Under the pieces are notes generated by a model. That model was not told the origin of the DNA. It worked only from the letters and a program-made list of their open reading frames with translations, and made no database searches. A stretch of DNA of 64,000 bases, taken from assembly GCA_041168905.1 (NCBI GenBank), contig JBEEJZ010000027.1, positions 8,005-72,004 of the forward strand. Reading direction: 5' to 3'. This document shows, in pieces, positions 7,701 through 15,930 of the stretch. Position 1 is the first letter of the stretch, and the number at the start of each line of letters is the position of its first letter. Source of the DNA: Pseudomonadota bacterium. GTDB taxonomy: Bacteria; Pseudomonadota; Gammaproteobacteria; Burkholderiales; Burkholderiaceae_C. Made by a program: the position numbers and the translations under genes.

Positions 7701-10700
7701 TTATTTCACGATGACGCCAGCACTGCCGTAATTGCTGACCGATGCCCCTCGGGCGTCAGTGATAGCCAAAGGTACGCCCGTCATGCCAAAGCTTATGGAA
7801 TAAGTGCCGACGGGGTCGGTCAACGCACTTGCAGCAGGAAACAGCGAGCTCAATAGGGTATTGAGACCACCCATATTGAGGTTGACCACACCATTGGCGG
7901 ATGTCGTCAACAAGCTACTGACGTTGCTCAAGGTCGCGCTTCCCACATGGGTGGTGACATACAACTTGGCGGCAAGTGGAATGCTCAAAACCGGCTTGCC
8001 GCTGACCGTGGCGACTTGAATCTGATCAAACCACAGATTCATATATCCGTACCTTGGCGAGCCGCGATAGATGGTCACAGTGCCTTGCGCTATCGCGCTG
8101 ACCGGCGAGCCCGTCGCCTGAAAACTGATGGCGGTCAGTGGGTTGCCCTGCAGATTGACTTCACCGTAGTAGGTGTAGGGGTTGGGTGCCGTCACAGCAT
8201 TGTTATTGAAGGCCAAGGAGGCCAGATCAAGTTGCAGAGTGGTGGCGGGCAGGGTGGCCGGCGTAATGGTCGCCACAGACTCCACAAAGAAGTCTGCCCC
8301 CAGCGCCAGGTGTGGCCCATAGTCGGTGTAGCTGCTGTTTTCGATGACCGGCAAAGTCGCCCCCAACTCGGTGCTGATCGCCACGGGTACGCCCTGGATA
8401 CCAAAGCCCACTTTGAAGTTGCCTGTTGTGGCGATATCGCCTCGATTGGGCTGAATGGACTTGACCAGATCCAGCAAAGCCGTCATGTCGATAGTCGCCA
8501 CACCATTGGCATCCGTCGACAACAGACTACTGACGTTGCTGAAGGTCGCTTTCAGATCAGGCTGATAGCTGTAACCTTGACCAAAGTACACCAACATCCT
8601 GGCTGTTGGTGGGACCGTGACACTTGGCTTACCCGCAATCGTCGCGACATCGACCTGGTCTATCACCAGTTGTAGCTGCCTACTGTCGCTGCGAGTGATG
8701 CTCACATTGGCTGAGCCCCGCGCCGCTGCGGGCGTACCACCTAACTGCATGGACACTTTGGTCAGTGCACCTGCAATAGTGATGCTACGCAACGCGGTGT
8801 TGGCAGTGGGTGCCCTCAAGGCTTGGTCGTTCACCAGGATGGTGGTCAACTTGATTTCGAGTGCATTGACATTCGGCACAGCGTTATTCAGTAGCGTGGC
8901 GGCAGATGCCCCGACAGCTTGCAAACCAGCCAGATTCAGACAGGTTTGGGTACAGGCAAAAGAACTGATGGGCAGCAGCAGGTGCCTCCTATTGGCCTGG
9001 ACAACATTGACCAGGGAGTTGGTGTACTGGCGTACGGCCTGACTCATTTCCACAGCTCCGCCGGTGGTGGTCAGGGCATTGGCTGAGGCATTGGCCACCG
9101 CTCGTACGGTCACGGAGATCAGGTCGCCGGACAATGCCGCAACAGCTGAGCCCTTCAGTGAGCGACCTGAATTTGTCACTGTTTTTTCAACCGCTGCATC
9201 CACCAGCTGCCTGACCGATGTTGGATCAGAAAAATTGACGGTCAGGGTAGCTAGCGTATCAGCCGTGGCACGCAATGCAGACAAGTACAAGGCCCCCTCG
9301 TAACCATTGCCGCCGGAGGCAACCGATACCGCCGCGGAGAGTTGCTCCAAGAGTGTCTCTATGGCAGAAGTGGTTCGGGCGAGTTGCGGCAGAGTTGCCA
9401 CGCTAGCGACCGGATCAGCCGTCAGCAAATTCACGCCAGGCAGCCCCAGCGAATTTGCCAAAAGAGTGTTCGCCGCGTCTACATTGCTTGTCAAGGCAGG
9501 CGACGGTATGCCACTGACCGGGGTGGGCATGGCCTGGTTCACACGGGTCATGACCAAGGTACTCAAAGGTGTGATTTGGGTAGCTCCGGCGGGCGCACGG
9601 AGTTCGCCACGGAATGGCAAGAGCGTCGCCATATCCACACCGCCACTCGCGCACAGCATGTGTTGGCCCAGGGTGGCGTCAAACACATAGCCCCCACTGC
9701 CGTTGGTGGTGGTGTTGGGCTCTGCAGCATCGCAAATACGGTCGTCATTCAGGTCAAGCGTGACCCTGGCGCCAATGATGTAGCCATCTGCCACACGACC
9801 ACTCACCGTGGCAGCACCTGCAGCAGCGCCGTTGCACACGTAACCTTGAGAGCTGACTTCAGCCGCATCCAAGACATTGTTGGCATTGGCATCCGACCCC
9901 GATGCCAGACGACTTCCACCGTAAGCACAATTGCCGCCCGCCGCTTCCGGCATCACTGTGAATAGCGCATTGCTGCCAGCTGCGCCTGTGGCACCGGTCG
10001 CGCCCGTCGCACCGGTTGTCCCAGCCGCACCAGTAGCGCCGGTTGTACCGCCACAAACATAGCTGGTCGAGGTCACCTCGGAGATATCGAGAACACTGTT
10101 GGTATTGGCATCCAAGCCCGCAGCCACCTTGGAGCCGCCTGCGGCGCAATTCAAGCCCACTGACTCTTGGGACACCACAACCAGTGTGCTCAAACCGTTA
10201 CTGCCGTTTGAACCGTTGGAGCCATTTGTTCCGTTGCTCCCGTTCGCGCCATCCAGGCCGTAGCAGACCTGTTGCGAGTTCGTACCTTCAGCATCATCCA
10301 GCCGTCCGTTGCCGTTGGTATCGATACCAGACATCACCGTGATCCCCCCGTTAGGGCAGGCATCAAAAGCCACTGCGGCAAGCAGACTCACAGCCACTGA
10401 TTTATTCCCAGGTGGCGTAGATACAGACCCAAAACTGTTGACCGGTAGGTTGATGTCAGAGAAATCTGTGTGGGCTGCCGCAAAGCTCTGGCCGGCTGCG
10501 GCAAGCAAGGTCCCCACGTCGGAACTACCCACGACACAGCCGCTGGCAGGATTTGCCAAACAAGACTTCATCTCCAATAGTGCGGCCGATAAGGTGCTGC
10601 CAGCGGGCTTGTTGGCCAAGTACTGAGATACGAGGGCTAGCGCCAACGCGTAGGTCCGCTGAGAAACCGTTGACCCGGCGGGTACGTTCAGCGCATCAAC

Positions 10701-11207
10701 CGGTAGCGTGTACATGATGTCAAACACGCCAAAGTTGTTTTGTACGGTGTTAACTGCTGCGTCGATGTTTGCGGTGTTCAAGCCATCCGGGGACGCGAGA
10801 GCCAGACCATGAGCCAGTTCAGTGAGCGCTGTAATTGCCACTGTTTTGGAACCTGTCACGCTTCCCAGCACGGAACGAAGTGGTGTGGACAACGCCGTGG
10901 CACCCCGTGTCGCCTCGTCTACATAAGTGCCGCCACTACTTTCAAGCAGGACCGGACCGGTGTAAGTGCCGATGTCAACAGAAAAAGCGCCACTGGCATT
11001 GGTTGATGCGCATTTGCCCAAGGACGCGCCCTTGGCTGCGCCCGTGACGGCGTAGGCACACACGGCTGAGTTATTGACGGGCCCTTTGCTGACAACGCCG
11101 TTAAGAACGTACGTCGAAGGTGTAGAACCACCACCACTGCTGCCACCGCCACAAGCGGCAAGCGCCGCGACCAAGCCGGCCGCAACCAATAGACGGACTA
11201 ATGTCAT
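7701..11207 (-). CDS. Very large (1168 aa) repeat-rich lipoprotein of unknown function
   Basis: Signal peptide plus lipobox LAAC (Cys19), then a Gly/Ser linker. Two carboxypeptidase-regulatory-like beta-sandwich-looking segments (YVLNGVVSKGPV..., VSGRVADGYIIGARVTLD). Three 32-aa Cys-to-Cys modules, two collagen-like G-X-Y runs, and a tandem duplicated C-terminal module of about 205 aa. No catalytic motif recognised. Confidence 0.8.
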   Translation of the reverse strand: MTLVRLLVAAGLVAALAACGGGSSGGGSTPSTYVLNGVVSKGPVNNSAVCAYAVTGAAKGASLGKCASTNASGAFSVDIGTYTGPVLLESSGGTYVDEATRGATALSTPLRSVLGSVTGSKTVAITALTELAHGLALASPDGLNTANIDAAVNTVQNNFGVFDIMYTLPVDALNVPAGSTVSQRTYALALALVSQYLANKPAGSTLSAALLEMKSCLANPASGCVVGSSDVGTLLAAAGQSFAAAHTDFSDINLPVNSFGSVSTPPGNKSVAVSLLAAVAFDACPNGGITVMSGIDTNGNGRLDDAEGTNSQQVCYGLDGANGSNGTNGSNGSNGSNGLSTLVVVSQESVGLNCAAGGSKVAAGLDANTNSVLDISEVTSTSYVCGGTTGATGAAGTTGATGATGATGAAGSNALFTVMPEAAGGNCAYGGSRLASGSDANANNVLDAAEVSSQGYVCNGAAAGAATVSGRVADGYIIGARVTLDLNDDRICDAAEPNTTTNGSGGYVFDATLGQHMLCASGGVDMATLLPFRGELRAPAGATQITPLSTLVMTRVNQAMPTPVSGIPSPALTSNVDAANTLLANSLGLPGVNLLTADPVASVATLPQLARTTSAIETLLEQLSAAVSVASGGNGYEGALYLSALRATADTLATLTVNFSDPTSVRQLVDAAVEKTVTNSGRSLKGSAVAALSGDLISVTVRAVANASANALTTTGGAVEMSQAVRQYTNSLVNVVQANRRHLLLPISSFACTQTCLNLAGLQAVGASAATLLNNAVPNVNALEIKLTTILVNDQALRAPTANTALRSITIAGALTKVSMQLGGTPAAARGSANVSITRSDSRQLQLVIDQVDVATIAGKPSVTVPPTARMLVYFGQGYSYQPDLKATFSNVSSLLSTDANGVATIDMTALLDLVKSIQPNRGDIATTGNFKVGFGIQGVPVAISTELGATLPVIENSSYTDYGPHLALGADFFVESVATITPATLPATTLQLDLASLAFNNNAVTAPNPYTYYGEVNLQGNPLTAISFQATGSPVSAIAQGTVTIYRGSPRYGYMNLWFDQIQVATVSGKPVLSIPLAAKLYVTTHVGSATLSNVSSLLTTSANGVVNLNMGGLNTLLSSLFPAASALTDPVGTYSISFGMTGVPLAITDARGASVSNYGSAGVIVK
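9975..10052 (-). repeat. Coding triplet-repeat tract (collagen-like GGTTGATGAAGTTGATGATGATGAAG)
   Basis: aa 386-411 of the lipoprotein. An imperfect 9-nt periodicity is visible in the DNA. Confidence 0.8.
10194..10250 (-). repeat. Coding triplet-repeat tract (GANGSNGTNGSNGSNGSNG)
   Basis: aa 320-338 of the lipoprotein. My translation of the reverse complement of 10194-10250 confirms it. Confidence 0.8.
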
Positions 11208-11337
11208 GAATCCTCCCTGAACTTACAAAAGTGGCTTGTTTGTTTTAAGTTTGCGCCAACCAGCCACTATCGGTTGAGCGTCAACAGCTGAGTTGCCGGC
11301 CTCATATCTCACAGGCAATTGATGCTGATTCGTAAAT

Positions 11338-11356
11338 TATACGAATTAGTGTGTAT
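11338..11356. promoter_or_regulatory. Candidate operator: inverted repeat ATTCGTA-N5-TACGAAT
   Basis: 7-bp perfect arms with a 5-bp AT spacer. Sits 34 bp upstream of the XRE regulator GTG start, in the AT-rich divergent intergenic region shared with the lipoprotein gene. Confidence 0.4.
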
Positions 11357-11389
11357 GTGAAATAGTGGTACTTTGGGACATTCACCGGC

Positions 11390-11626
11390 GTGAATCAGCC
11401 CCTCAGTAGAACCTTTGGCACATGCGTGCGCACCTTGAGGCAGGAGCGGGGGTGGACGCAAGTGGAGTTCAGCGAGCGGTGTGGCTTCTACCAAACCTAC
11501 CTAAGCCGCATTGAAGGCGGCCAAGCCAATCCGACACTGAACGTGATAGAAGTTATTGCGATTGGCCTTGGCATGACAGTTTTTGAGTTGTTCGAAGCTG
11601 TCAGGCAGCGGGCTGAGCAGGGGTGA
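11390..11626 (+). CDS. XRE family helix-turn-helix transcriptional regulator
   Basis: 78 aa. The sequence LRQERGWTQVEFSERCGFYQTYLSRIEGGQANPTLNVIEVIAIGLG is a classic Cro/C1 HTH_3 pattern. Confidence 0.85.
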   Translation: MNQPLSRTFGTCVRTLRQERGWTQVEFSERCGFYQTYLSRIEGGQANPTLNVIEVIAIGLGMTVFELFEAVRQRAEQG

Positions 11627-11667
11627 TGCAAGGGATCACCCAACCCACACGTAGCTGTGGCACTGAT

Positions 11668-12852
11668 TCACCCCAGGCCGAGCAAGCCTTTCAGGGCGGG
11701 GCTGGGACGGTGGGCCATCACCTGGTCTTGAATGGCCTTGGGCGACAAGCCAAACACACGCTCCATCACCCGGGCATACACCGCAGCCAGGTCGATGCTG
11801 GCAGGTAAGTCACGCCCCTCAAAGAGTTGCTCTTTTTTCAGGCCGCGCCAGTCGGCATACACCCGGGAGCCGGTCAACAAGCCGCCAGCCAGAAAGCAGC
11901 AACTGCCCACACCGTGGTCGGTGCCGGTGGTGCCGTTTTCAGCTGCAGTGCGACCAAACTCGGTCACCGTCACCACCAAGGTGTTGACCCAGGCGTCACC
12001 CATGCCCTCTTTGTAGGCGCCGACCAGAGCGTCCAGTTCGCCCAGCCGGTCGGCATGGGTGCCGCTGTCTGCGCCCTGGCTGGCATGGGTGTCAAAACCA
12101 TGTTGCATATCGATCAGCCCAACGCGGGGGCCGTTGGGTTCACGCATCTCCTTGGCTGCCAGGCGGGCCAGTTGGGGCACCGCACGCGCGTTCTGGAACG
12201 AGGCGTTGTTCATGGCGCCCTGGCGCAGCGCCAGGTTCTCGGCCCGGATCACCGGCGCATAGGCAGCCAGCATGGGGTCATCGGCCCACAAGGCAGGCAA
12301 AGCATCTGCCACGCTCGCGCTCAGAGGCGGCATCCAGTTCGGAAACTGGGTGGTGGCTGCCGGGTTGCCGCGCAGGATCAGCGGCATGGGGATGGAAATG
12401 GACACACCTCCGCTCTGGCCGGAGGCCTGCATGGCGCGCCCGATCCAGCCCGAGGCGGACGTGTAGGGCTTGGCCATGCCGGTTTGCATGATGTCCTGCC
12501 CCTCAAAATGCGAGCGCCCCGTGTACCCAAAGCCAGTGCTGTGCACCACCGCCAGATGACCCGCCGCCCACAGGCTGTGCATGACCTTGAGCTGGGGGTG
12601 CAGCGCAAACGAGCCATCCAGCGGCAAGGCATTTTTAACAGCGATGTTGGCGCGCATGCTCTCGTACAGGGGGTCGGCCACCGGCGGCGCGGCGGTCAAG
12701 CCATCCATGCCACCCCGCAGCAGCACGACCAGCAGCCGGGGCTCATCTGCCTTGGGAGACGCCAGCGGCTCACGCAGGCCAGCAAAACTGAGGGCAGCCC
12801 AGGCGGCACTGCGCTGAATGAATGTTCTTCTTTGCATGGGCATTAACTCCAC
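11668..12852 (-). CDS. DUF1501 domain protein (Tat-exported, sulfatase/alkaline-phosphatase-like fold)
   Basis: 394 aa. Twin-arginine leader MQRRTFIQRSAAWAALSF. C-terminal signature VTVTEFGRTAAENGTTGTDHG. Confidence 0.85.
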   Translation of the reverse strand: MELMPMQRRTFIQRSAAWAALSFAGLREPLASPKADEPRLLVVLLRGGMDGLTAAPPVADPLYESMRANIAVKNALPLDGSFALHPQLKVMHSLWAAGHLAVVHSTGFGYTGRSHFEGQDIMQTGMAKPYTSASGWIGRAMQASGQSGGVSISIPMPLILRGNPAATTQFPNWMPPLSASVADALPALWADDPMLAAYAPVIRAENLALRQGAMNNASFQNARAVPQLARLAAKEMREPNGPRVGLIDMQHGFDTHASQGADSGTHADRLGELDALVGAYKEGMGDAWVNTLVVTVTEFGRTAAENGTTGTDHGVGSCCFLAGGLLTGSRVYADWRGLKKEQLFEGRDLPASIDLAAVYARVMERVFGLSPKAIQDQVMAHRPSPALKGLLGLG

Positions 12853-14321
12853 AACAGGGCAGGACTGACATGCAGCAGACCATAGGCCTGGCGATGGTCA
12901 CCTTTGGCGAGCGCGGCGCGGATGGGCTCACTGCCCAGCCCAGCAGCGGGCAGGTATTGATCAATTTGGGTGCGCAAACCCTCCACGGCGCGGTCGGGGT
13001 TGCTTATCAATTCGCGCAGCAGCACCGGCATCACCCGCACCCGCCGGTCGAGCATCTCCTTGGAAACCCAGTCACTCGAGCGGATCGGCCAGCCATTGGG
13101 CTGCGGGCACCGTGGCAAAGGCTGGCCCAGGTCGCCCAGCAAATAAAAGGTCTTGGTTCCACCTCGGTCGTCCAGCGGCACCACACGCGGCACCTCCACC
13201 CCGGTCAGGGTGAGGGTTTGCCACAGCCAGGTCTCGGGCGAGGTGAATTTGCGTGTGTTGTCGATGTGCGCCCAGCAGGCCTCCACCACCGCCTGGTGCA
13301 CCTTGGGCAAATCGCCCTGACTGCTGACAAAGGCTCGCTGCACATGGGCAACTGCAGCAGGCGGCGGCTCGTCGTCCAGAAAATACACACACAGCTTGTG
13401 CGCCAGATGCCGGGCCGTGGCGGGATGGTTGGCCAGGTCTGTGACCAGATCTTCCAGCTTGGCCGAGGGCCGAAACAGCGCGGAATAGGTCTTGCCCATG
13501 ACCTCTTGTGCCCCCGGCTCGTGATGGTTGAAGTCGAAGTAAGTACCCAGGGGCACACCTGCCTTGCGCCATTTGTCGGGCTTCATGTCGCGCCAGCCCG
13601 TCAGGATCAGGGTGGTGGCTTCCACATCTTTTTGGGTGTAGCCACTGGCCGGGCTCAGGGTAAACAACTCGAGCAGTTCGCGGCCCAGGTTCTCGTTGAT
13701 GCTGTCCTTCGTCCATTTTTCCCGGGCGGCTTTGGAACGCGGGCCGGTGTTGCGGTTGTTGTCCAGGTACACCAGCATGGCTGGGTGGGTGACCGCATGC
13801 CAGAGCATCTCGCGAAAACTGCCAGTCATCTTGTCGCGCAGCGAACGCTGGTAGGGGCCGATGAGCACATCGTTGTTTTGATTGCCCGGTGCCACCATGA
13901 AGTGGTTGGTCCAGAAGTGCCAGAAACGCTCAAACACCGGAGCGCGCCCGTAAACCGCCGTGGTGGCCCGCGCTTGCACTTCTTTCCAGTGCTCCATACG
14001 GCTGTAGGGAATCTCCACATCGCGCTTGCGCTCAGCCTCGAACTGGGCGCGCGGCAGCGTCTTGCCTTTGTCAAAGGAGGCTCTTTCTGCCTCCTGATGA
14101 CCTTGAAACGCCGTCATCACATCGTCCATGGACCAGAGCAGTTTGACCCAATCAGGCAGGTCGGAGCGTCGGGACCCGTCGCGCTCGATGATGTCAATGG
14201 GCGGCGCTTTGAGCAGTTGCGCCTGCGCCCACGCCACCGGATCGGCAGGCAGGGCCTGGTCGGCGGGCAGACCGAAAGCCACGCGCCGTGTGAATTTGCC
14301 GATGAGATGTTGCTGAGTCAT
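12843..14321 (-). CDS. DUF1800 domain protein
   Basis: The track ORF runs to 15074, antisense to lemA. I start at ATG 14321 (MTQQHLIGKFTRRVAFGL). The signature INENLGRELLELFTLSPASGYTQKDVEATTLILTGW is typical of DUF1800. Overlaps the DUF1501 gene by 10 bp. Confidence 0.8.
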   Translation of the reverse strand: MTQQHLIGKFTRRVAFGLPADQALPADPVAWAQAQLLKAPPIDIIERDGSRRSDLPDWVKLLWSMDDVMTAFQGHQEAERASFDKGKTLPRAQFEAERKRDVEIPYSRMEHWKEVQARATTAVYGRAPVFERFWHFWTNHFMVAPGNQNNDVLIGPYQRSLRDKMTGSFREMLWHAVTHPAMLVYLDNNRNTGPRSKAAREKWTKDSINENLGRELLELFTLSPASGYTQKDVEATTLILTGWRDMKPDKWRKAGVPLGTYFDFNHHEPGAQEVMGKTYSALFRPSAKLEDLVTDLANHPATARHLAHKLCVYFLDDEPPPAAVAHVQRAFVSSQGDLPKVHQAVVEACWAHIDNTRKFTSPETWLWQTLTLTGVEVPRVVPLDDRGGTKTFYLLGDLGQPLPRCPQPNGWPIRSSDWVSKEMLDRRVRVMPVLLRELISNPDRAVEGLRTQIDQYLPAAGLGSEPIRAALAKGDHRQAYGLLHVSPALLWS

Positions 14322-14456
14322 CAGGTGGCTCCCGGTGGGTACCTGCCCGAATGACGACCATCGGGGCTGGCGCTTTGCAGGCGGTGATTCTAGGAGCGGG
14401 CAACTGTGTGCGCCGTGCGGCCACAATAGCCTCATCAAGGACATTCGGAGCAGATC

Positions 14457-15029
14457 ATGAACATGGCAACTGGGGTTTTGTTGGGTGTGGCGGTGCTGGT
14501 GGTGGTGTATGTCATCAGTGCCTACAACCGGCTGGTGGCTGTCAAGCACGCCGTGGACAAGGCCTGGGCCAATATCGATGTGCTGCTCAAGCAGCGGCAT
14601 GACGAGCTGCCCAAGCTGGTCACGGTCTGCAAGGAGTACCAGCAATTTGAGCAAAGCACCTTGCAACAGGTGATTGCAGCCCGTGCTCAGGTCCAGACGT
14701 CTCGGGAGCAGCAGGACATAGCAGCCCTGGGCCGTGCCGAGGGCAGCCTGCGCAGCGGCCTGGGGCAGATTTTTGCGGTGGCCGAGGCCTACCCGGAGCT
14801 GCGCGCCAACGAGAGCTTTCAGCAATTGCAAAGCCGCATCAGCCAGCTGGAAAACGCCCTTGCCGACCGGCGCGAGTTTTACAACGAGGCCGTCAACATC
14901 AACAACGTTCGCATCGAACTCTTCCCCGACCGACTGATTGCACAGCGCTTTAACTTTGGCCCACGCGCCCTGCTGACCTTTGCTGCCGAAGAAAAGACCG
15001 ATGTGGACCTGAAGGCCCTGTTCCGCTAA
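14457..15029 (+). CDS. LemA family protein
   Basis: 190 aa with an N-terminal TM helix, then YNRLVAVKHAVDKAWANIDVLLKQRHDELPKLV...RREFYNEAVNINNVRIELFP. Confidence 0.9.
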   Translation: MNMATGVLLGVAVLVVVYVISAYNRLVAVKHAVDKAWANIDVLLKQRHDELPKLVTVCKEYQQFEQSTLQQVIAARAQVQTSREQQDIAALGRAEGSLRSGLGQIFAVAEAYPELRANESFQQLQSRISQLENALADRREFYNEAVNINNVRIELFPDRLIAQRFNFGPRALLTFAAEEKTDVDLKALFR

Positions 15030-15033
15030 GACC

Positions 15034-15930
15034 ATGATGCAGCGTTGGGGCCGCGCCTTGCGGCTGTGGCTCACATCTGGCGGCTATGTGATGTTGCTGA
15101 TCCTGGGGGCACACCTGGGCACGCCACAGGGCTGGCGCCTCAGTGTGGGCCTGACGGCTTTGATGGCACTGCTGGCGTGGCAACTGGTGCTCAAGCGCGC
15201 TCGCGCCATGGCAGACACCCCCACCTCCCACATCGCCTCGGCGGCCCAGGGCTACGTCGAATTGCAGGGCCAGGGTGCCCAGTTTGAGGGCTACCCGGTG
15301 TATGCACCCCACCACGGCCTGCCCTGCCTTTGGTACCGCTACAAAGTAGAAAAGCGGCAAGGCGACGATTGGAAAACCGAGTCGCAAGACGAATCCACCA
15401 CCTCTTTTTTCATTGACGACAACAGCGGCCGATGCACCGTCGACCCCGAGGGCGCCGAGGTGTTGCCCCAGCACAGCGAAACCTGGACCCAGGGCGACCG
15501 CCGCTACACGCAGGCGCTGATCCTGCCGGGTGAGCCGCTCTACATCCTGGGCGACTTCAAAACCCAGGGGGGCGACAGTGCCGATCTGAGCCTGAGGCGC
15601 GACGTCAGCGAATTGCTGGAGGACTGGAAGCGCGACATGCCAGCCTTGGCCCAGCGTTATGACAAAAACGGCGACGGCCAACTCGATCTGCAGGAATGGG
15701 AACAGGCCCGCAGCGACGCCCGACGCGAGGTGGAGCAGCTGCACCGCGACATCCGCGCCCAGCCGCACACCCACACCATCGGCCTGCCCACCGACGGCCG
15801 GCCCTACCTGATTTCATCGCACGCCCCAGAAAAACTGGGCCGCCGTTTTCGCCTGTGGGCCTACGCCCATGCCGGGGTGTTTTTGCTGGCTTTGGGGGGA
15901 TTGGGGTATGCGTGGCAGGCACATGCCTGA
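15034..15930 (+). CDS. GIDE (bacterial E3-ligase-like) domain membrane protein with an embedded EF-hand
   Basis: 298 aa with two N-terminal TMs. GIDE-like core GYVELQGQGAQFEGYPVYAPHHGLPCLWYRYKVEKR...FFIDDNSGRCTVDPEGAEV. Canonical EF-hand loop DKNGDGQLDLQE (15661-15696). C-terminal TM helix. Confidence 0.7.
   Translation: MMQRWGRALRLWLTSGGYVMLLILGAHLGTPQGWRLSVGLTALMALLAWQLVLKRARAMADTPTSHIASAAQGYVELQGQGAQFEGYPVYAPHHGLPCLWYRYKVEKRQGDDWKTESQDESTTSFFIDDNSGRCTVDPEGAEVLPQHSETWTQGDRRYTQALILPGEPLYILGDFKTQGGDSADLSLRRDVSELLEDWKRDMPALAQRYDKNGDGQLDLQEWEQARSDARREVEQLHRDIRAQPHTHTIGLPTDGRPYLISSHAPEKLGRRFRLWAYAHAGVFLLALGGLGYAWQAHA
15848..15915 (+). repeat. Direct repeat, copy 1 (3' end of the GIDE gene)
   Basis: 68 bp matching 16928-16995 with 3 mismatches, aligned by eye. 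The copies are spaced exactly 1080 bp apart. Confidence 0.9.

Noticed and set aside
9975-10250. Short periodic DNA repeats that could be mistaken for a minisatellite or CRISPR-like array
   Set aside because: The period is 9 nt and in frame within a long ORF, and it translates to G-X-Y tracts. There is no repeat-spacer structure and no cas genes anywhere in the window.
12822-14354. 510-aa plus-strand ORF
   Set aside because: Antisense to the DUF1800 gene, whose conserved NENxxRELLELxTL..GYTQ.DV signature identifies the real frame.
14322-15074. N-terminal 250 codons of the 743-aa minus-strand ORF
   Set aside because: This part runs antisense through lemA, which is clearly real. DUF1800 homology only starts near MTQQHLIG, so it is treated as a spurious upstream extension.
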